A stretch of 64,000 bases of DNA from Eledone cirrhosa (GCA_964016885.1 OZ024747.1:3658001-3722000); one strand, 5' to 3'. Positions 40,069-54,275 are shown, numbered from the stretch's first letter. Translations and numbers: made by a program. Notes: a model not told the origin generated them from the sequence alone.

Positions 40069-40999
40069 TGTATGCATGTATGTATGTATGTATGTATGTA
40101 AGTATGTATGTATGTATGTATGTATGTATGTATGTATGTATGTATGTGTGTGTGTGTATGTATGTATGTGTGTATGTATATGTATGTATGTATATATATA
40201 TGCATATACTCATGCACACATAAAGAACAAATGAACCTTTTCTACATGGTTAACTGACTTGAAATTGATTTCTATAAGCTAGCTTCAGTCCTAAGCTATC
40301 TTCTCTTGTATTGGTTCTATGTTTAATCTATATTTCCCATCTATGTTTCTGCCGTTTCATTAGGAACAGACTTGTGCATGTATGCACATGCACATGCATG
40401 CAGGCCTGCACTCATACACACATGCACACACATGCAGGCCTGCACTCATACACACATGCACACACATACAGGCCTGTGCACATACTTTCTTTGTTTTGCA
40501 CTATCACAAACCCATCCACAAACATGCACACAAACGTCCATATACACACATACATACTCACAAATGTGCATGTGCAAACTCATACACACTTACATACATA
40601 CACAAACATGCACATACTCGCTCACACACATGCTCTCTCTCACACATACACGCACAAACATGCATTGGTTAGATGAGTTGTCCCATTGTGAGACAAGCCA
40701 GGTCAGGTGACCATGTCTTGCTCATACAGAACTGCTTCTGGCTTGGTTTCTACGGCTGGAAAAACCATCCACATTAACAGTGTGGACTGGTTGCTTTATA
40801 TCGTGGCACCAAAATGATTACTTTACAATGAGATTACAGAAGACAGATCCCCTCCCCTTAAAAGAAAAGTAAGAAACTTATCAATACAAATATTTAACAA
40901 GCTGCTACAGCATGGCCTTCTCCTGGTCAAAACAAACTAAAGAGCTAAAGAATTGAAGAACATACACTATGCTAGAATGGAAAATGGACTTTAAATCAC

Positions 41000-41115
41000 T
41001 CAGACCAGCAGAGATGATGAAGGAACGCGACAAATAGAGTGATGCCGTGCTGAAAAGGACCCGTCCAACCAATGCAAGCATAGAAAAGCGGACATAAAAC
41101 CGATGATGATGATGC
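41000..41115 (+). mobile_element. RTE 3'-terminal fragment
   Basis: GATGCCGTGCTGAAAAGGACCCGTCCAACCAATGCAAGCATAGAAAAGCGGACATAAAAC(GAT)n. Confidence 0.75.
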
Positions 41116-41554
41116 AACAAAGACAAAGCTTTGACTCAAAACCCCATTTGATATAAATCTAATTTATCATTCATTTCATTTAATTTCATTTCATTTTATT
41201 TTATTCTACAGTTTTTTTAAATGGAGGAAATTTTATTTTGATTTGTAAAAATTCTAACAGAATAAATTAATAAATAAATTTGTAGAAAACAAGGAAAAAG
41301 ATGTTTTAACTCTACCTAAACAACAACATCAATAAAGAAATTATTGTTTTTTTTGCATATTTATCTATTTATTTATTAGAATAATTTATTCAAATATTTG
41401 ATGGCCTTGTGTCAACATTGACTTAGCTTAAATATGTCTCATAAATTATGCATATATGGGTTAAGTATTATATATGTGTGTAGTACCTTGTGTGTATATG
41501 CATTTATATATGTGTGTGTGTATATATGTGGGTATATATATATATATGTTTGAC

Positions 41555-41606
<52 letters not shown>

Positions 41607-41737
41607 ATATATATATGTGTGTATATATATGTATATATATATGTGGGTGTGTGTGTGTGTATATATATATATGTGTGTATATATATAAGTTTGACGTATA
41701 TATATATACATGCCTCCATGTATATATATATACATGG

Positions 41738-42022
41738 AGGCAGATGGCTTAGTGGTTAGAGCATTGGCCTTGCAATACTTTATTTCACATTGCTCCAGTT
41801 TACTCAGCTGTAGAAATGAGATGATAGGGACTGCGGTCCCTATCATTCCACTGTAAAGTGGACGTGTAGGCACCACGGAAAAAAAGCACCCAGCACACAC
41901 TGTAAATGAGGTTGGTGTTAGGAAGGGCATCCAGCTGTAGAAATCAAGCCAGAATCAGTTCCCGTCCCACCCTTGCAAGCAGGGAAAAAGCGGACGTAAA
42001 ATGAAATGATGATGAATGATGA
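41738..42022 (+). mobile_element. SINE S1 with the B-box region deleted
   Basis: The A-box head is joined directly to CTTTATTTCACATTGC. The R2-type tail is present. Confidence 0.88.
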
Positions 42023-42992
42023 TATATATATATATTTATATATATATAAATCATACATATATATATACCCACATATATATATATATCATACATATATATA
42101 TACCCACATATATATATATATGTCTTCTAGTATATATATATAATAGAAGACCTTAGTCAATTAATGAGAATTGCCTTTTTAGTTCTTTAATTTCCAATGT
42201 TTCCTGTGGTGGTTTCCATGGTGGTATTGATATCTAAGAAGAGATATTTCTGTAGTTGTTGCTAAACAGAAGACTCTGGGTGTGTTTAATAATCTTGATG
42301 TGAAGATTGTGCCAGTAGATTGTGCTTCCAGTGTATGATGAGGATGCTGAGCATTGTTTTATCATCCACTTTCCATGCTAGCAATGGTTTGTCAGGTCTC
42401 CATAGACACTGAAGTGGAGCTACTGATCTCCCAGAGAGACCAGGGATCTGTCATCTCAATTATGTATGGTCTCATGTTCCACTGAGTGCACAGGAGAGGT
42501 TGTCATGTCTTTGACATAACTGAGGCTCCTCTCAACCCTTTGCTTAGGAAGCTTTCTACAGCTGGATCCCTTTCCTATCATCAACCACTTTACAACATAT
42601 TCTAGGTGTGTTTATCTTGTAGATCACCAATACTTGAGAGGTTACCAGTACCATGGCATGACTAAAGGGTCCTCTTGACCCTTCTTGTCTTTTTATTTCA
42701 CTACATTTATTGCATGTTATTTGACACACTAGTAAGATATCAGACATTTATCCCCATTGTTGATGGGGCAGTTAGCTAACTCGATATATTAGCTACATAA
42801 ATATATCCACACACACACACACATACATACACACACACACAGACACATATACACCCATGCACACACACAAATACGTATATTGCAAAGGTAGAATTTCAAC
42901 GGCTAGCCGAAATGTTTCAACTTGTTTCCAAGGGTTTTTTCAAGGGTACACAAAGCAGATTTCTTAACCACTCCCATGCCCACCTCTATATA

Positions 42993-43090
42993 CAGGGTGT
43001 CCAGAAAATATATACACACTTTGATTATCTGTACAGGCAATATTTATTAGTATGCTGTTGAAGTATGTATACATTTTTGGGGGACACCTC
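42993..43090. mobile_element. Tc1/mariner-like MITE (about 98 bp)
   Basis: TA|CAGGGTGTCCAGAAAATATATACACACTT and AAGTATGTATACATTTTTGGGGGACACCT form imperfect ~28-bp TIRs. Confidence 0.6.
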
Positions 43091-43103
43091 ACCTATATAT
43101 ATA

Positions 43104-43240
43104 TATCAATGATATGAATAAATGGAAACTATATATCATAGAATAAATATGGTTTTATAAATATAGTTTCCATTTATTAATATCATTGATATTATACTCC
43201 AGAAAACTTGTCGAGTGCTTTGAATCTGTTATAAACATAT
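43104..43240. repeat. Fold-back element in a TA tract with a TACTCCAG...GAGTGCTT tail
   Basis: TATCAATGATATGAATAAATGGAAACTATAT pairs with ATATAGTTTCCATTTATTAATATCATTGATA. The tail resembles the reverse complement of 44375-44412. Confidence 0.65.
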
Positions 43241-43302
43241 ATATTTGTTGAATTACCAACAAATTAAATATCCCTTTTGCTTATATATAAATATATATAT
43301 AT

Positions 43303-43732
43303 ATGGTGCATGGTAGTGAGACATGGGCAGCAACTGCAGAGGATATGCGATGGCTGGAGAGAAATGATGCAAGCATGCTCTGTTGGATGTGCAATGCCAA
43401 TGTGCGTGAATGACCCAGCATAAATGTGTTGAGAGAGAAACTGTGTGTGAGAGGGATAGAATGTAGCGTGCAAGAGAGGAGACTGAGGTGGTATGGACAT
43501 GTGATGCGCATGGAGGATGACCGCTGGGTGAAGAAGTGCCAGGAAATGCTAGTTGAAGGAAGACGTAGAGGTAGACCACGAAAAACATGGGCGGAGGTGG
43601 TGAGAACAGACCTCAGATTGCTGAAGCTCACGGTGGAGATGACGAAGGACCGTGACAAGTGGAGAGATGCTGTGCTGAATAAGATCCATCCCACCCTTGC
43701 AAGCAGGGAAAAGCGGACGTAAGATGATGATG

Positions 43733-43735
<3 letters not shown>
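43303..43735 (+). mobile_element. RTE LINE family R2 3' fragment
   Basis: Reads MVHGSETW...ERRLRWYGHVMR...GRPRKTW...PTLASREKRT*, then (GAT)n. Confidence 0.9.
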
Positions 43736-43763
<28 letters not shown>

Positions 43764-44324
43764 CACACGATATATATATGTATATATATGTATATGTATA
43801 TATATGTATATATATGTATATATATACACACGATATATATATGTATATATATATATACACACGATGTTTCCCCTATTATAAGACCTGTCTTATAATAGGG
43901 TAAAAATGGTAGGTATATGTTTGTGTAAGGTAAAATTTCACTCATACTAATCAATACTCTTTGACCAAGCAGTGGTTTCCTGTTTGTCTCAGAATTCAAC
44001 ATCATCATCATCATCACCAATATTTATTGATAACAACCTGTATTTACGTGGGGCACAATTTGATATTCTGTATAATTGCTGTAATTCAGTAGAGGTCAAA
44101 GAATGATAGCTATCGTGTTTTCAGGTGAAAGAAATAATATAAACACCATATAAATATACATATATATATATACATATATATACATATATATATATATACA
44201 TATATATATATACACATACACATATATATATATACACATACATATATATATATACACATACAGTATACACACATATATATACAAACACATATATATATAT
44301 ATGTATGTATATATATATATATAT

Positions 44325-44660
44325 GTAGGAGGTGAGTTTTATTGTAGTACAATAAAGCAATGCAGATATCGGATAAGAAGCACTCTACAGTTTGTGGGAC
44401 TGGAGTATGCATAATATAAGATCAAAAGATGGTTAAAGGAGTTCCATATATTTTATTATGCGCATTTCAAAAACAAACATCATCAAGCAATAATATAATA
44501 ATAATATAATAATAACAAGTGTTTTTTAGCCTTCATATCATGTTCTCCTGTTTTATCTGATGAAAACACAAATATTATTGCTTGATGATGTTTGTTTTTG
44601 AAATGCGCATAATAAAATATATGGAACTCCTTTAACCATCTTTTGATCTTATATTATATA
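44325..44660. mobile_element. (TA)n-embedded fold-back element (~87-bp perfect arms) with a degenerate hammerhead
   Basis: Arms at about 44411-44497 and 44572-44658, containing TTGATGA...GAAA TGCGCA TA ATAAAA. Confidence 0.7.
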
Positions 44661-45261
44661 TATATATATATATACATATTATATATTATATATAAACAAT
44701 TAAGTATACTATATATATAGTTAAACATTATATATATCACATATGATTCAGCAAAATTAAAACATATATTGATAATGTTTTCTTATTTACACAGAAAAAC
44801 AACAAATACACACACATATATATATATATATACATACATATGGAAAATGGACATTAAATAATATATACATATATATATTTTTTTTTTAAGTCTGTAAGTA
44901 TACATACACAACCGATATAAACCATTCATGTTTTCCAATATATCACGTTATTTATCTGTCTGTCTGTTTGAAATATTTTCAATTAAATCTTTCAACAACA
45001 TAAAACAACAACAACAACAAACACCAATAACACATTCAAACACAAACAACATAAAATTAAACCAAAAATTAAAGCCAAATTGAATTAGAAAATAAAAAAA
45101 AAGGAATATTTCTAAAAAGTTTTAAATATGTTCATTTGCTCCTTTCATTTACCATTCCATTTCATATCATTTCTTTTTATTTCATCTCACCTTATTTTAG
45201 GTCATTTGCTGATTGTTGCCCATGTAATGTTTGCAATTTACTCTTTATTGCATGACAGCTT

Positions 45262-45305
<44 letters not shown>

Positions 45306-45309
<4 letters not shown>

Positions 45310-45617
45310 CATGGCTTAGTCCTTGCAATCGAAAGTTTGTGAGTTCAATTCTCAGACCGGGTGATGTGTTGTTTCCTTGAATTTTATTTCACATTGCTCC
45401 AGTTTACTCAGCTGTAGAAATGAGATGATAGGGACTGGGGTCCCTATCATTCCACTGCAAAGTGGTCGTGGAGGTGCCATGGCAAAAAAGCACCCAGCAC
45501 ACACTGTAAATGAGGTTGGTGTTAGGAAGGGCATCCAGCTGTAGAAATCAAGCCAGAATCAGTTCCTGTCCCACCCTTGCAAGCAGGGAAAAGCGGACGT
45601 GAGATGATGATGATGAT
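45306..45617 (+). mobile_element. SINE S1 with small deletions
   Basis: Collinear with the reverse complement of 17592-17936. Confidence 0.9.
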
Positions 45618-45867
45618 ATGTGTAATTGTAGGCTGTGATCACCAACCTATAGTAGATAAAAATATATACACGTGTGTGAGTGCATATGTGTGCATGTGTG
45701 TGTTATGCTAGGTAGTATCTACAAGAATTAGTTACTATATATATACTATCTGATTCTTATATATACTACCTGAGACTTATAACACATACATGTGTATATA
45801 TTTATATATCTACTATGAGTAGGTGACCTCAACCAACAATTATATACATTTCCTCATTTGTATATAT

Positions 45868-46008
45868 ATATTTAATATAGAAATGGCTTCTACAGGACTA
45901 GAACTGTTTCATTTGGCAGAAATCTTTAGGAAGCACATATATTAAATATTTATACTCTGCTATGTATTGAGTACCTTATTTACTGTGGTTACGCCCGCAA
46001 TAAACTTT
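45868..46008. mobile_element. Family B mini-element: inverted degenerate hammerhead plus tail
   Basis: Minus strand reads CTAAAGATTTCTGCCAAATGAAACAGTTCTAGTC. The plus-strand tail is TACTCTGCTATGTATTGAGTACC. Homologous to 51117-51303. Confidence 0.72.
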
Positions 46009-46132
46009 ATATATATATATATATATATATATGTACATATGTAAAAGTTAAACAAACAGAAATAACAACAACAATCGGTACAGTATATGGAAGGGATATA
46101 TTAGGTTAACTTTTGATATAGCAGGAAGAGGG

Positions 46133-46168
46133 TCTTAACGTTTCGGACGCTAGTCTTTCATCAGAAGA
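46133..46168 (-). ncRNA. Minimal Penelope-type hammerhead ribozyme motif
   Basis: Minus strand reads TCTT CTGATGA AA GAC TAGC GTC C GAAAC GTT AAGA. Stem I is TCTT/AAGA and stem III is the palindrome AACGTT. Confidence 0.75.
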
Positions 46169-46599
46169 AAGAATGAAAAATAAGATAGATTGAAGGGACG
46201 GGCGGGATGGAATTGGAAAAAATGTCTTTAGGTAAAAATAACAGGTCCATGTTGACATCTCTTGCAAAACTGTTGAATTCTTACATATGCTACCCAGTAT
46301 AATGCACACACACACACACATGTATCAGTAGTGAAGGGTAACCTGGAAAGCAGGGCATGCAGTCCAATTGCCATGGCGGAAAGTGGAGCTGTGCAGCTTA
46401 CCGCCCCCCTCCCCCATTCCCTCTAAATGACCCTCCCAGTCAAAGCCGCATGTAGTGTTATCTTGTGTATGTGTGTGTGTGTGTGTTATCTTTTTTTGTG
46501 TCTATACCTTTTAATAAGCAGCCAAAATTCTGCTTGCTTCAACCGACGCAATTGATCAACTCAAGATTCCATAATGCATGCACTGCATGCGTTGCATGC

Positions 46600-48635
46600 A
46601 TGGATCCTTCTCCCCTGACACATATATATTTATATCTACTATCAAAGATATGAAGATGGTTAAGGTGGCTGGGCCTTCAGAAATAGTTGCTGAAATGCTG
46701 AAAGCATCTGGAACGGTGGGACACACTATGGTCACCCGGATAGTAAACCAAGTCATACAGAATGGGGTCGTTCCGAAGGACTGGCTTAGCAGCATCATCA
46801 TTAACTGCTACAAGGGTAAAGGAGATGCCCTAGATAGGGGTAACTATAGAGGCATTAAATTAATCGACCAGGTCATGAAGGTCACAGAAAAAGTAATAGC
46901 GCAACTAATCAGAGAACGAATTGATCTAGATGAAATGCAGTTCAGGCTTGTGTCAGGTAAAAGTGTCAGGAGAAGTACCTAGCTAAAAGTAAACCCCTAT
47001 ACTTAGCTTTTCTTGACTTGGAGAAAGCCTTCGACAGAGTCCCCCGTTCCATTATCTGGTGGGCTCTTAGAAAACTAGGTGTTGATGAATGGCTTGTGAG
47101 AGCTATACAAGCCATGTATAAAGAAACAGTCAGCAAGGTTAGAATTAACAACGAATATAGTGAAGAGTTTAGCGTAAAAATTGGTGTTCATCAGGGCTCC
47201 GTTCTTAGCCCCCTACTATTTATTATTGCCCTTCAGGCTATAACAGAGGAGTTCAAGACCGGCTGCCCATGGAAACTCCTATACGCAGATGATCTAACGC
47301 TCATAGCTGAATCAATGGCTGAACTAGAGAAGAAATTCCAAACATGGAAGCAAGGCATAGAATCAAAAGGCCTTAAAATTAACCTGTCTAAGACTAAAGT
47401 TCTAGATTGTAGGAAGGAAAATAGGGCTCCGATCCCATCTAGGAAATGGCCATGCTCAATGTGTAGGAAAGGAGTAGGCAGAAACTCCATTTTATGTCCC
47501 AAATGCAAAGTATGGGTGCATAAAAGATGTAGTGGGATCACAGGTAAGCTAACTAAGAATATAGATTTTATAAGTGGCCGGTGCTCTGGTGCAATAAGTA
47601 GCAGCAAGTGCCCACAAAATACTAGCTCATTCCATTGCACAGATGGTTCTATAGAAATAGTGGACACCTTCCGTTAACTGCGTGACAAAATCAGCAGTGG
47701 GGGAGGGTGCTCTGAAAGTACAGTAGCTAGAGTCAGAACGGGATGGAAAAAGTTCAGAGAGCTTATACCACTATTGGCTGCTAAAGGGTTCTCTCTAAAA
47801 ATGAAAGGCAGGCTGTATGATGCCTGCATACGAACAGCAATGTTACATGGCAGTGAGACCTGGGCATTGTGTGCAGAGGATATACGCAGACTGGAGAGGA
47901 ACGAAGCTTGCATGCTCCGCTGGATGTGTAATAGTAATATATGTTAACGGCAAAGCATAAACGAACTAAGGGAGAAATTAGGAATAAGAGAGATCAGATG
48001 TTGTTTACTCGAGAGAAGACTACGTTGGTACGGTCACATGATGCGTATGAAAGACGACAGTTGTATAAAAAAGTGCAGGGCGATAAAAATAGACGGTAGC
48101 CACGGAGTAGGCAGACCCAGAAAAACCTGGGATGACTTGATAAATTCCGACCTCACACACTTACACCTCTTCAAGACAATGTCACTGGACTGAGATCTTT
48201 GGCGCTACACAGTAATACAGAAGACACGCCTTGGCTAAGTACAAAGTGAAACCTACAGTCAGTAGGCACCTCTAACAGAAATACACCCCCATCCCACTAC
48301 CCCCACCCCATCCACACCACCCCTTTCTCTGTAAAGTTATGTTGGTACCACAACATCCAGTCCTAAATAAATGAGGTCGTGTAGGTGTCATGACAAAAAA
48401 AACACACAGTCCACGCTGTAATGTGGCCGTGTAGGTAACACGGTAAAAACCTCCCAGTCCACACTGTAAACGTGGTTGGTGTTAGGAGGGGCATCCAACC
48501 GTAGAAAACCCGCCAGACAGTCCTATACGAGCAAGACAACCAATCTTGCTCAAGTGGGAAAATTCCTGTCCAAACCCATGCTAGCGTGGAAGATGGACGT
48601 TAAACGATGATGATGATGATGATGATGATGATGAT
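46600..48635 (+). mobile_element. RTE family R1, 5'-truncated decayed copy (RT to 3' tail)
   Basis: Protein nearly identical to the 29039-31846 ORF, with a ~30-bp deletion at about 46965, several stops and an (ATG)n tail. Confidence 0.93.
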
Positions 48636-48787
48636 ATCAGCTGGTGATCACAACCAACAATTCCATACACTTCATCAATTCTTTATTTTTGGTTGTTTGT
48701 ATTTAATTACTTGTTTTTAAACATTTCAATACTTGGTGTGTATTTAGGTAATAATTGTTGGTCTCAGTTGTATTATCATTATTGTTT

Positions 48788-48948
48788 TTGGCAGTATCAG
48801 TAGAGGATCGGGTGGCATGCTTTGTAGCATAGAGTTAGGGCCCTTTACCGTCTGGGTTCAAATCCTGCCGAGGTTAACTTTGCCTTTCATTCTTACAGGG
48901 ACGACAAAATAAAGTACCAGTAATACACTGGGATAATTGCTGGCCTTG
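48788..48948 (+). mobile_element. SINE S2, diverged
   Basis: GGTTCAAATCC...GCCTTTCATTCTTACAGGGACGACAAAATAAAGTACCAG. Confidence 0.8.
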
Positions 48949-49495
48949 TGGTGGTGGTGGTGGCAGTGGTAGTGATAATGGTGGTGGTAGTGGTAGTGGT
49001 AGCAGTGGTAGTGATAATGGTGGTGGTAGTGGTAGTGGTAGCAGTGGTAGTGATAATGGTGGTAATTGTGGTAGTGGTAGCAGTGGTAGTGATAATGGTG
49101 GTGGTAGTGGTAGTGGTAGCAGTGGTAGTGATAATGGTGGTAATTGTGGTAGTGGTAGTGGTAGCAGTGGTAGTGATAATGGTGGTAATTGTGGTAGTGG
49201 TAGCAGTGGTAGTGATAATGGTGGTAATTGTGGTAGTGGTAGTGGTAGCAGTGGTAGTGGTAGCAGTGGTAGTGATAATGGTGGTAATTGTGGTAGTGGT
49301 AGCAGTGGTAGTGATAATGGTGGTGGTAGTGGTGGCAGTGGTAGTGATAATGGTGGTAATTGTGGTAGTGGTAGCAGTGGTAGTGATAATGGTGGTAATT
49401 GTGGTAGTGGTAGTGGTGGCAGTGGTAGTGATAATGGTGGTAATTGTGGTAGTGGTAGCAGTGGTAGTGATAATGGTGGTAATTGTAATGGTGGG
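48948..49495. repeat. GGT/AGT-based minisatellite (GCAGTGGTAGTGATAATGGTGGT core)
   Basis: Directly visible. Confidence 0.9.
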
Positions 49496-49704
49496 AGCAA
49501 TAGCAGCAATTGTGGTGCTTGCATCTGTAGCAGAAGTGATAATAATGGTGGTGGTGGTGGCTGTAGTGGAAAACACTGCACCCAATATCCTGCATCAAAA
49601 CTCACAACTGTATTTCAAACAACACTTTTCTTCAGCTTTAACACAATATATTAAATTAGGCTGTATATAAATATATATATAAATACATATATATATATAA
49701 ATAC

Positions 49705-49735
<31 letters not shown>

Positions 49736-49892
49736 AATACATATATATATATATATATACATATATATATAAATACATATATATATATATATACATATAT
49801 ATAGTGTAGAATGTGATACAAAACTTCATTGTTTCTAACATTTATTTCATTAAGATTCTCAGAAATTATAAAATATATAACTATAAATATAT

Positions 49893-49971
<79 letters not shown>

Positions 49972-50042
49972 GTAATATAATATAATATATGAAGCAAAAT
50001 ATCCATCTTTAGTTTCAAATATTCCTTTGGCTAATATCTATG

Positions 50043-50128
<86 letters not shown>

Positions 50129-50405
50129 TATATATATAAAATATCTATATAAATATGCTATATAAATATAATATTATATAATATATATACATATATATAT
50201 ATATCATATATATATAGAATAATCTAAAATTGCTAAATTAAAAAAATAATAAATGAATAAATAGATAAAATTAATTAATTAAATAAAATAAATAACATCA
50301 TTTAAAAAGCTGGACTAAAAAATGTAGAAAGCAAAGAAAAATAGACTTTCTTTGTTGTAAGAGATGTCACAAATGTTAATGAAAATTAAATTGCTGACAT
50401 TGGAA

Positions 50406-51025
50406 CACACCTTCATCTACACATACACACCTACATCTACACATACACACCTACATCTACACATACACACCTACATCTACACATACACACCTACATCTAC
50501 ACATACACACCTACATCTACACATACACACCTACACATACAGACCTTCATCTACACATACACACCTACATCTACACATACACACCTACATCTACACATAC
50601 ACACCTACATCTACACATACACACCTACATCTACACATACACACATACCTCCACACACATACCTACATCTACACATACACACATACCTCCAACACACACC
50701 TACATCTACACATACACACCTACATCTACACATACACACCTACATCTACACATACACACATACCTCCACACACATACCTACATCTACACATACACACCTA
50801 CATCTACACATACACACCTACATCTACACATACACACCTACATCTACACATACACACCTACATCTACACATACACACCTACATCTACACATACACACCTA
50901 CATCTACACATACACACATACCTCCACACACATACCTACATCTACACATACACACATACCTCCAACACACACCTACATCTACACATACACACATACCTCC
51001 AACACACACCTACATCTACACACAC
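50406..51025. repeat. 20-bp minisatellite (ACACCTACATCTACACATAC)
   Basis: Directly visible. Confidence 0.93.
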
Positions 51026-51116
51026 ATTCAAAGGCTTCCATTTTCTTCCAATAGACGTACATCAATGTTCACATAAAATATACAAACCATCTATTCATAT
51101 CTGGATATATATGGAA

Positions 51117-51303
51117 ATATTTAATATAGAAAAGCTTCTACAGGACTAGAACTGTTTCATTCGTGAGAAATCCTGATGATTTCTCACGAATGAAACAATT
51201 CTAGTCTTGTAGAAGCTTTTTCTATATTAAATATGTATACTCTGCTTTGTATTGAGTACCTTGGTAACTGTAGTTACCTCCGATTGAACCCGGGAGAAAC
51301 TTA
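51117..51303 (+). mobile_element. Family B mini-element: 56-bp fold-back centred on a hammerhead CTGATGA box, plus tail
   Basis: Arms 51117-51172 and 51178-51234. Contains CTGATGA TTTCTCACGAAT GAAAC AATTCTA GTC, then ATTAAA and the tail TACTCTGCTTTGTATTGAGTACC. Confidence 0.8.
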
Positions 51304-51569
51304 TATAGATATATATATATATAGATATATATATATATACAATATATATATATATAGATATATATATATATATACAATATATATATATAATATATATATA
51401 TATGATATATATAAACATGATAGTTATCCTTTTAATTGAGTTCTATGAACCATACTATTTTAGTTAGTACTTTCTTCACCCTGGAGGATTCTGTCCCTTG
51501 GTCCCTTGTGATTTGAACATATATAGTTATATATCCGTGTTGGTCACTCTTTACTGTGATATATATATA

Positions 51570-51790
51570 GTGGACGTGTAGGCACCATGGAAAAAAGCAC
51601 CCAGCACTCACTGTAAATGAGGTTGGTGTTAGGAAGGGCATCCAGCTGTAGAAATCAAGCCAGAATCAGTTCCAGTATGAGCAAGACAAGGTCAGCCGAC
51701 TGGACACTACCCACAACAGGACAACCCGTCTAACCCATGCTAACGTGGAAGAAGGACGTAAAACGGTGATGATGTTAATGATGATGATAT
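51570..51790 (+). mobile_element. 5'-truncated S1-type SINE carrying an R1-type 3' end
   Basis: S1 body up to GAATCAGTTCC, then ATGAGCAAGACAAGGTCAGCCGAC...CCCGTCTAACCCATGCTA as in 11095-11165. Confidence 0.8.
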
Positions 51791-51884
51791 ATATATCAAG
51801 ATATGAACAGATGTTTCATATATTTTATATGAACATTCAATGTGTATTTGAGGAAAATGGAAGCATAACAATGAATATGTATAG

Positions 51885-51925
<41 letters not shown>

Positions 51926-52063
51926 ATCAAATCTGATTCTCTCAACAACTAGAAACTCTGAGTAATAACTAACAGACTCAACATTGAATGTGTATCATTC
52001 TCATCTGTTAGTGTAAACTCACTTTTCACTGCTTTCCATTGTACCTCAGGGTTTCTTCTTAAA

Positions 52064-52104
<41 letters not shown>

Positions 52105-53061
52105 GAGAGAGAGGCATATCATTCATATGAATGTTTTAAAGCTCGATATGACAGCTACCAATATCAAAATGTAAATTGCATTAGCAATATTTGTATGGCT
52201 TTGAAGTAGTATTAAGCAAGGCACCTGCAAAGTAGAGTACCTTATATGTGCACACTGCTACATAGATAACCACACCACCACTCACACTGCCACACACACA
52301 GTCACACAGACAACCATACACTTCCACACACACAGCCACCCAGAAACACATACATATATGCACATACATACATTCCTCTGCAAAACAGAAGAATATAATG
52401 CACATACATTAATAGAATATATACATGTAGAACACATTTTAATAATTCAATTAATAATTGAGTTAGATAGGAGAAGAAGAAAAAATGCAATATTACAATA
52501 GAGAAATCTCTGCTGCTGATATGATAAGAATCATGTACAAATATCGCAACTCTTTAGTAATGGATCTGGAAAACCTTATTGTTTAACAAAACAATAGTTA
52601 GGAAAGATAAGATATGAAGAACCTCTCTTGCAGAAAGTAGATGGATTCTTGGTAAAAGTTGTGTCAATTTTTCAGATTACGGAATGTGTCACAAAATAAC
52701 AACTGCTACAAACAACAAATGTCATAGCTGAAAGGAAGGGTTCGGGGATAGAAGTTTTAAATAAGGGGTGTGAGGTTTTAAGTAAAATCTGACATTGAGT
52801 TTTAATATCAACTTTTAGTGTTACTGTTGTTGTTGTTTAAACCCTGGACAATTTCGGATGACATGAAGTTAGAGATTTAGTTTTTCATGAGCTTAATAGC
52901 TTAAAGGCATGGGATGAGAGGAAATTTGGAAGTTTGTGCTTTGCTGAGGACCAAAACATATCCAGAGTTGTCCCCAGTGATTGTCAAAACTGTAAAAATA
53001 ATAATCATTGTCTTTTCATCACAACATTTCTGTTTAGAGTTTTCATGCTCATTATCATCAG

Positions 53062-53092
<31 letters not shown>

Positions 53093-53429
53093 GTTCTTTG
53101 CCTATTTTCCACACTGGATTGGATGGCTTGTGATGCTCTGAGGCTAGTCAGGTTAGATGGCCACATCTTTCTCATGTGTTACATATTTGCCATAGTTTCT
53201 ATGACTGGATGCCCTTATTAACCCAGCCACTTTATAGGGTGTACCAGATGCATTTTATCATGAAACCAACAGTAGAGAGGCTGTCACTGGATCATCTTGA
53301 CCTCATTAAATAACACCAATTATAAACACAAATAAACTGGGGAGTTCTCCATTAGTGACTAACCATCTCAACTCAACCTTTTTATTGCATTATTTAAACA
53401 CTAAAGTTGGCTTGGTGCCTAAATCAGAA

Positions 53430-53651
53430 ACCAGCATTTAGACCAGCCATATCTGGCCAGAATTCTCTCACTTCGTTCTGTTCTAACTTGCTGTAACTGG
53501 CTGCTCATACTTATGTTAAGGTATTGTTCTGAAAATAAATACTATCAAAGTCTCGTAGATTCAATATTATGCGTGATAATTATGTGAGATAAAGTGTTTA
53601 CCGTGAAAATACAATAGTAAATATAGAGTAATGTAAATGGTAAAGGGTTAA
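53430..53651. mobile_element. piggyBac-like element, second copy lacking the left end
   Basis: Collinear with 36265-36483 and ends TAAAGGGTTAA. Confidence 0.7.
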
Positions 53652-54275
53652 ATTGACTCCAATGTATTACTGGTACTGATTTATTGACCAGTAAGGATGA
53701 AAGAGTAAGCTAACCTCAGCAGGCTAAATAACAACAAAGTAACAATCTTCCAAGCTGGTAACTTTTAAGGGTAACAAAAATAGAGGACTGTGATGTTCAT
53801 TCTTCTCCCAGTGAAAACAATTGCAACAAAACAACTTCAGATTTCAACTTGTCCAAGTATCTATCATTCAGATGCACACACACGCACACACATACACACA
53901 CACATGGACACACTAACACACAGGGGGTGGAACACACACACACACAAGTTCTACTATATTTCCGCCTTGGCTATGGTCCACTGACTAAACATCATTGAAT
54001 AATTTAGATCAACTAGCTATTCACGCTTCAACTGGTCCACATCAAAATTACATCTTCAACTTGAAGTCATTTACCCAGACCAATTTGGCTGAATTCAACG
54101 ATTTCTAACACACAAATATGATAAGGCAGGATGAATAAATATTTATTTTATATATATATATATATGAAAAAGATATCGCACACACATAGATACATGCACA
54201 CACTCACACACATGTGTGTGTATATATATATATATCTATGATGATGATGATGTGTGTATATTATTATTATCATCA

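Noticed and set aside
44557-44570. CTGATGAAAAC as another hammerhead
   Set aside because: No stem II or stem III arrangement. The neighbouring degenerate motif at 44582 fits better.
48858-49670. Pro/His/Thr-rich ORFs
   Set aside because: Simple-repeat translation directly following a SINE.
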